A stretch of 64,000 nucleotides of DNA from an uncultured bacterium (GTDB lineage: Bacteria > Margulisbacteria > WOR-1 > JAKLHX01). The stretch covers positions 15,436 through 79,435 of the forward strand of contig CAZQZN010000002.1 in assembly GCA_964597815.1 (NCBI GenBank). Reading direction: 5' to 3'. Positions 62,486 to 64,000 of this stretch are shown one piece after another. Below the pieces are notes generated by a model. That model ran no database searches, had not been told where the DNA came from, and saw nothing but the letters and a program-made list of their open reading frames with translations. The position numbers and the translations under genes were made by a program. The first letter of the stretch is position 1. Every line of letters starts with the position of its first letter.

Positions 62486-62647
62486 TGCAGGCAAGGTCTT
62501 CTGACTTACGGGTCATCCTCCCCCGCGTCTTCCCGCTTTATTAAAAGCAGTGACTTTTTGCGGGTTTGTCGCCGATTACAGCGCCGGGAGCGTCTCCGAA
62601 TTCTCTTTTTAAGTTAAAAAGAGTCACGGAAGTTCCCTTTTCCTGCA
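62486..62647 (-). promoter_or_regulatory. Cobalamin riboswitch
   Basis: P1 UGCAGG/CCUGCA, AGGGAA, CCC..GCUGUAA, CACUG..GGGAAG, B12 box AAGUCAGAAGACC; downstream CACUCC can pair with SD GGAGUG. Confidence 0.92.
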
Positions 62648-62657
62648 CGCAAAGTTG

Positions 62658-62687
62658 ATGATATCACAAGAAAATTTTTTTTGTCAA
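62658..62687 (-). promoter_or_regulatory. sigma70-type promoter for riboswitch-btuB
   Basis: TTGACA-18 nt-TATCAT with extended TG. Confidence 0.65.
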
Positions 62688-62827
62688 GTTGATTTTTTAA
62701 AATTTTTGAAGCCTTAAAAGTTAGACGCAAATTACATACTTTTACCAACAGATATAAGGAGAGAAAATAGATATTTCAACCAAATTCATAAAATTTTTTA
62801 CCTATAACGAGGCCAACAGAAAAAAAC

Positions 62828-63502
62828 CTATGAAGAAATATAACCTTCAATAATAAGAGTTATCTCACCAAGTACTCCTTGCTCATACTTTGATATTGCC
62901 TCAGATATTTTGCCTCTATAAAATTCCTCATATATTTTAGTAATCTCTCTTGCAATACAAATCCTTCTATCGCCGAAGATTTTTAGGATATCATTTAAGG
63001 TTTTTAACAGCCTGTGAGGTGCTTCATAAAACACTATGGTTCTTTCCTCATTGGCCAATTTGCGAAGGACTCTTCTTCTCATCTTGCCTTCTCGTGGCAA
63101 AAAACCCTCAAAAACAAATCTATCTGCTGATATTCCTGAAACTGAGAGAGCAGCAATGAAGGCACAAGGTCCGGGAATTGGAATAATTTGTATGCCTTCT
63201 TGAACACAACTTTTTACGAGATCAAAACCGGGATCGCTGATTGTAGGAGTTCCGGCATCGCTAACAAGAGCTGCATTTTTGCCTGATAAAATTTGCTCTA
63301 AAACTAAAGAGTTTTTTTGTTTTTTGTTGTGTTCGTTGTAAGAAATTATATCTTTTTGGATTGAATACCTTTCTAAAAGTTTCTTTGTTTGCCTTGTGTC
63401 TTCTGCAACTATCAAATCAACATTTTTTAAAGTTTCGATCAGGCGAAATGATGCATCAAAAAGATTCCCGATTGGAGTAGCACAAACATATAGAGCAGAC
63501 AT
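62828..63502 (-). CDS. rsmI: 16S rRNA (cytidine1402-2'-O)-methyltransferase
   Basis: ATPIGNL, AEDTR, SDAGTPTISDPG, FYEAPHR, REITK.YEE. Confidence 0.96.
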   Translation of the reverse strand: MSALYVCATPIGNLFDASFRLIETLKNVDLIVAEDTRQTKKLLERYSIQKDIISYNEHNKKQKNSLVLEQILSGKNAALVSDAGTPTISDPGFDLVKSCVQEGIQIIPIPGPCAFIAALSVSGISADRFVFEGFLPREGKMRRRVLRKLANEERTIVFYEAPHRLLKTLNDILKIFGDRRICIAREITKIYEEFYRGKISEAISKYEQGVLGEITLIIEGYISS

Positions 63503-63508
63503 ATTTGA

Positions 63509-63934
63509 TTAAATGCCTATTATTTCTTTTACTTTTTCAGAAAGAGGAGAATCATCATCATCTGATTGTTTCCTTGCTTCGCCCATAATGACTTTCCCCT
63601 TATAAGAAGCACCTTCGTCAACAATTAATTTTGTTCCAGAAATATTCCCCGCAACTTTGCCGCTTTTTTTTATTTCGACCAGTTCTATTGCTGAAACATC
63701 ACCGATTATCTCTCCAGCAACTATAATATTTTTTGCTGAAACATTACCTTTTATTTGAGCATTCTCAGCAATACTTATATCATGTTGAGAATCAATAGCC
63801 CCTTCAACTATTCCGTCTATTCTGCAAGAACTCTTTGTTTCAATTCTGCCAACAATTTTTGTTCCAGATCCAATTATTGTTGAGATGGAAGATTGAATAC
63901 TATTTGGAGTTTTTGAAAAATCCATAATTCCCAT
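63509..63934 (-). CDS. Bactofilin (polymer-forming cytoskeletal protein)
   Basis: TIIG.G..I.G, RIDG.VEG.I, V.G.I.GDV repeats. Confidence 0.9.
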   Translation of the reverse strand: MGIMDFSKTPNSIQSSISTIIGSGTKIVGRIETKSSCRIDGIVEGAIDSQHDISIAENAQIKGNVSAKNIIVAGEIIGDVSAIELVEIKKSGKVAGNISGTKLIVDEGASYKGKVIMGEARKQSDDDDSPLSEKVKEIIGI

Positions 63935-63937
63935 ATT

Positions 63938-64000
63938 TTATATCCTCCCATTCAATCCCATTGCAACGCTTAAATCAAGATATTGCGTGGGATTTATTTG
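63938..64000 (-). CDS. C-terminus of a probable M23 peptidase (truncated by window edge)
   Basis: Reads INPTQYLDLSVAMGLNGRI*; INP..YL is typical of M23 C-termini, which often precede bactofilin genes. Confidence 0.55.
   Translation of the reverse strand, partial: QINPTQYLDLSVAMGLNGRI

Noticed and set aside
62700-62827. Short ORFs (about 15 aa) in the rsmI-riboswitch gap
   Set aside because: Too short, weak initiation signals, no recognisable features

Overview
AT-rich (roughly one-third GC by eye), gene-dense bacterial chromosomal segment, mostly on the minus strand. It comes from a diderm organism (TonB and a TonB-dependent receptor) with Firmicutes/Cyanobacteria-like gene orders (gmk-rpoZ-coaBC-priA-def-fmt; rpsP-khpA-ylqD-trmD-rplS-lepB-rnhB). 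A Margulisbacteria/Saganbacteria-like lineage is my guess and is not established. Content is largely housekeeping: translation and tRNA modification, shikimate, DAP, pantothenate and queuosine pathways, Sec, FtsK, TopA, MutL and B12 uptake. I found a tmRNA gene and a cobalamin riboswitch, but no tRNA, rRNA, CRISPR array or mobile element. Most notable observations: (1) a full-length glucan phosphorylase (GT35) homologue whose PLP-binding lysine is replaced by Asp; (2) an smpB-[59 aa ORF missed by the track]-[149 aa ORF]-ssrA locus whose tmRNA encodes an unusually long 26-residue tag; (3) a near-identical sigma54-type -24/-12 element in front of two separate competence/pilus operons; (4) several intact genes with degenerate catalytic motifs (YchF, PriA, GT9, M23-like, HU-like); (5) many apparently leaderless transcripts. 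All protein assignments rest on motif recognition by eye; no database search was run.
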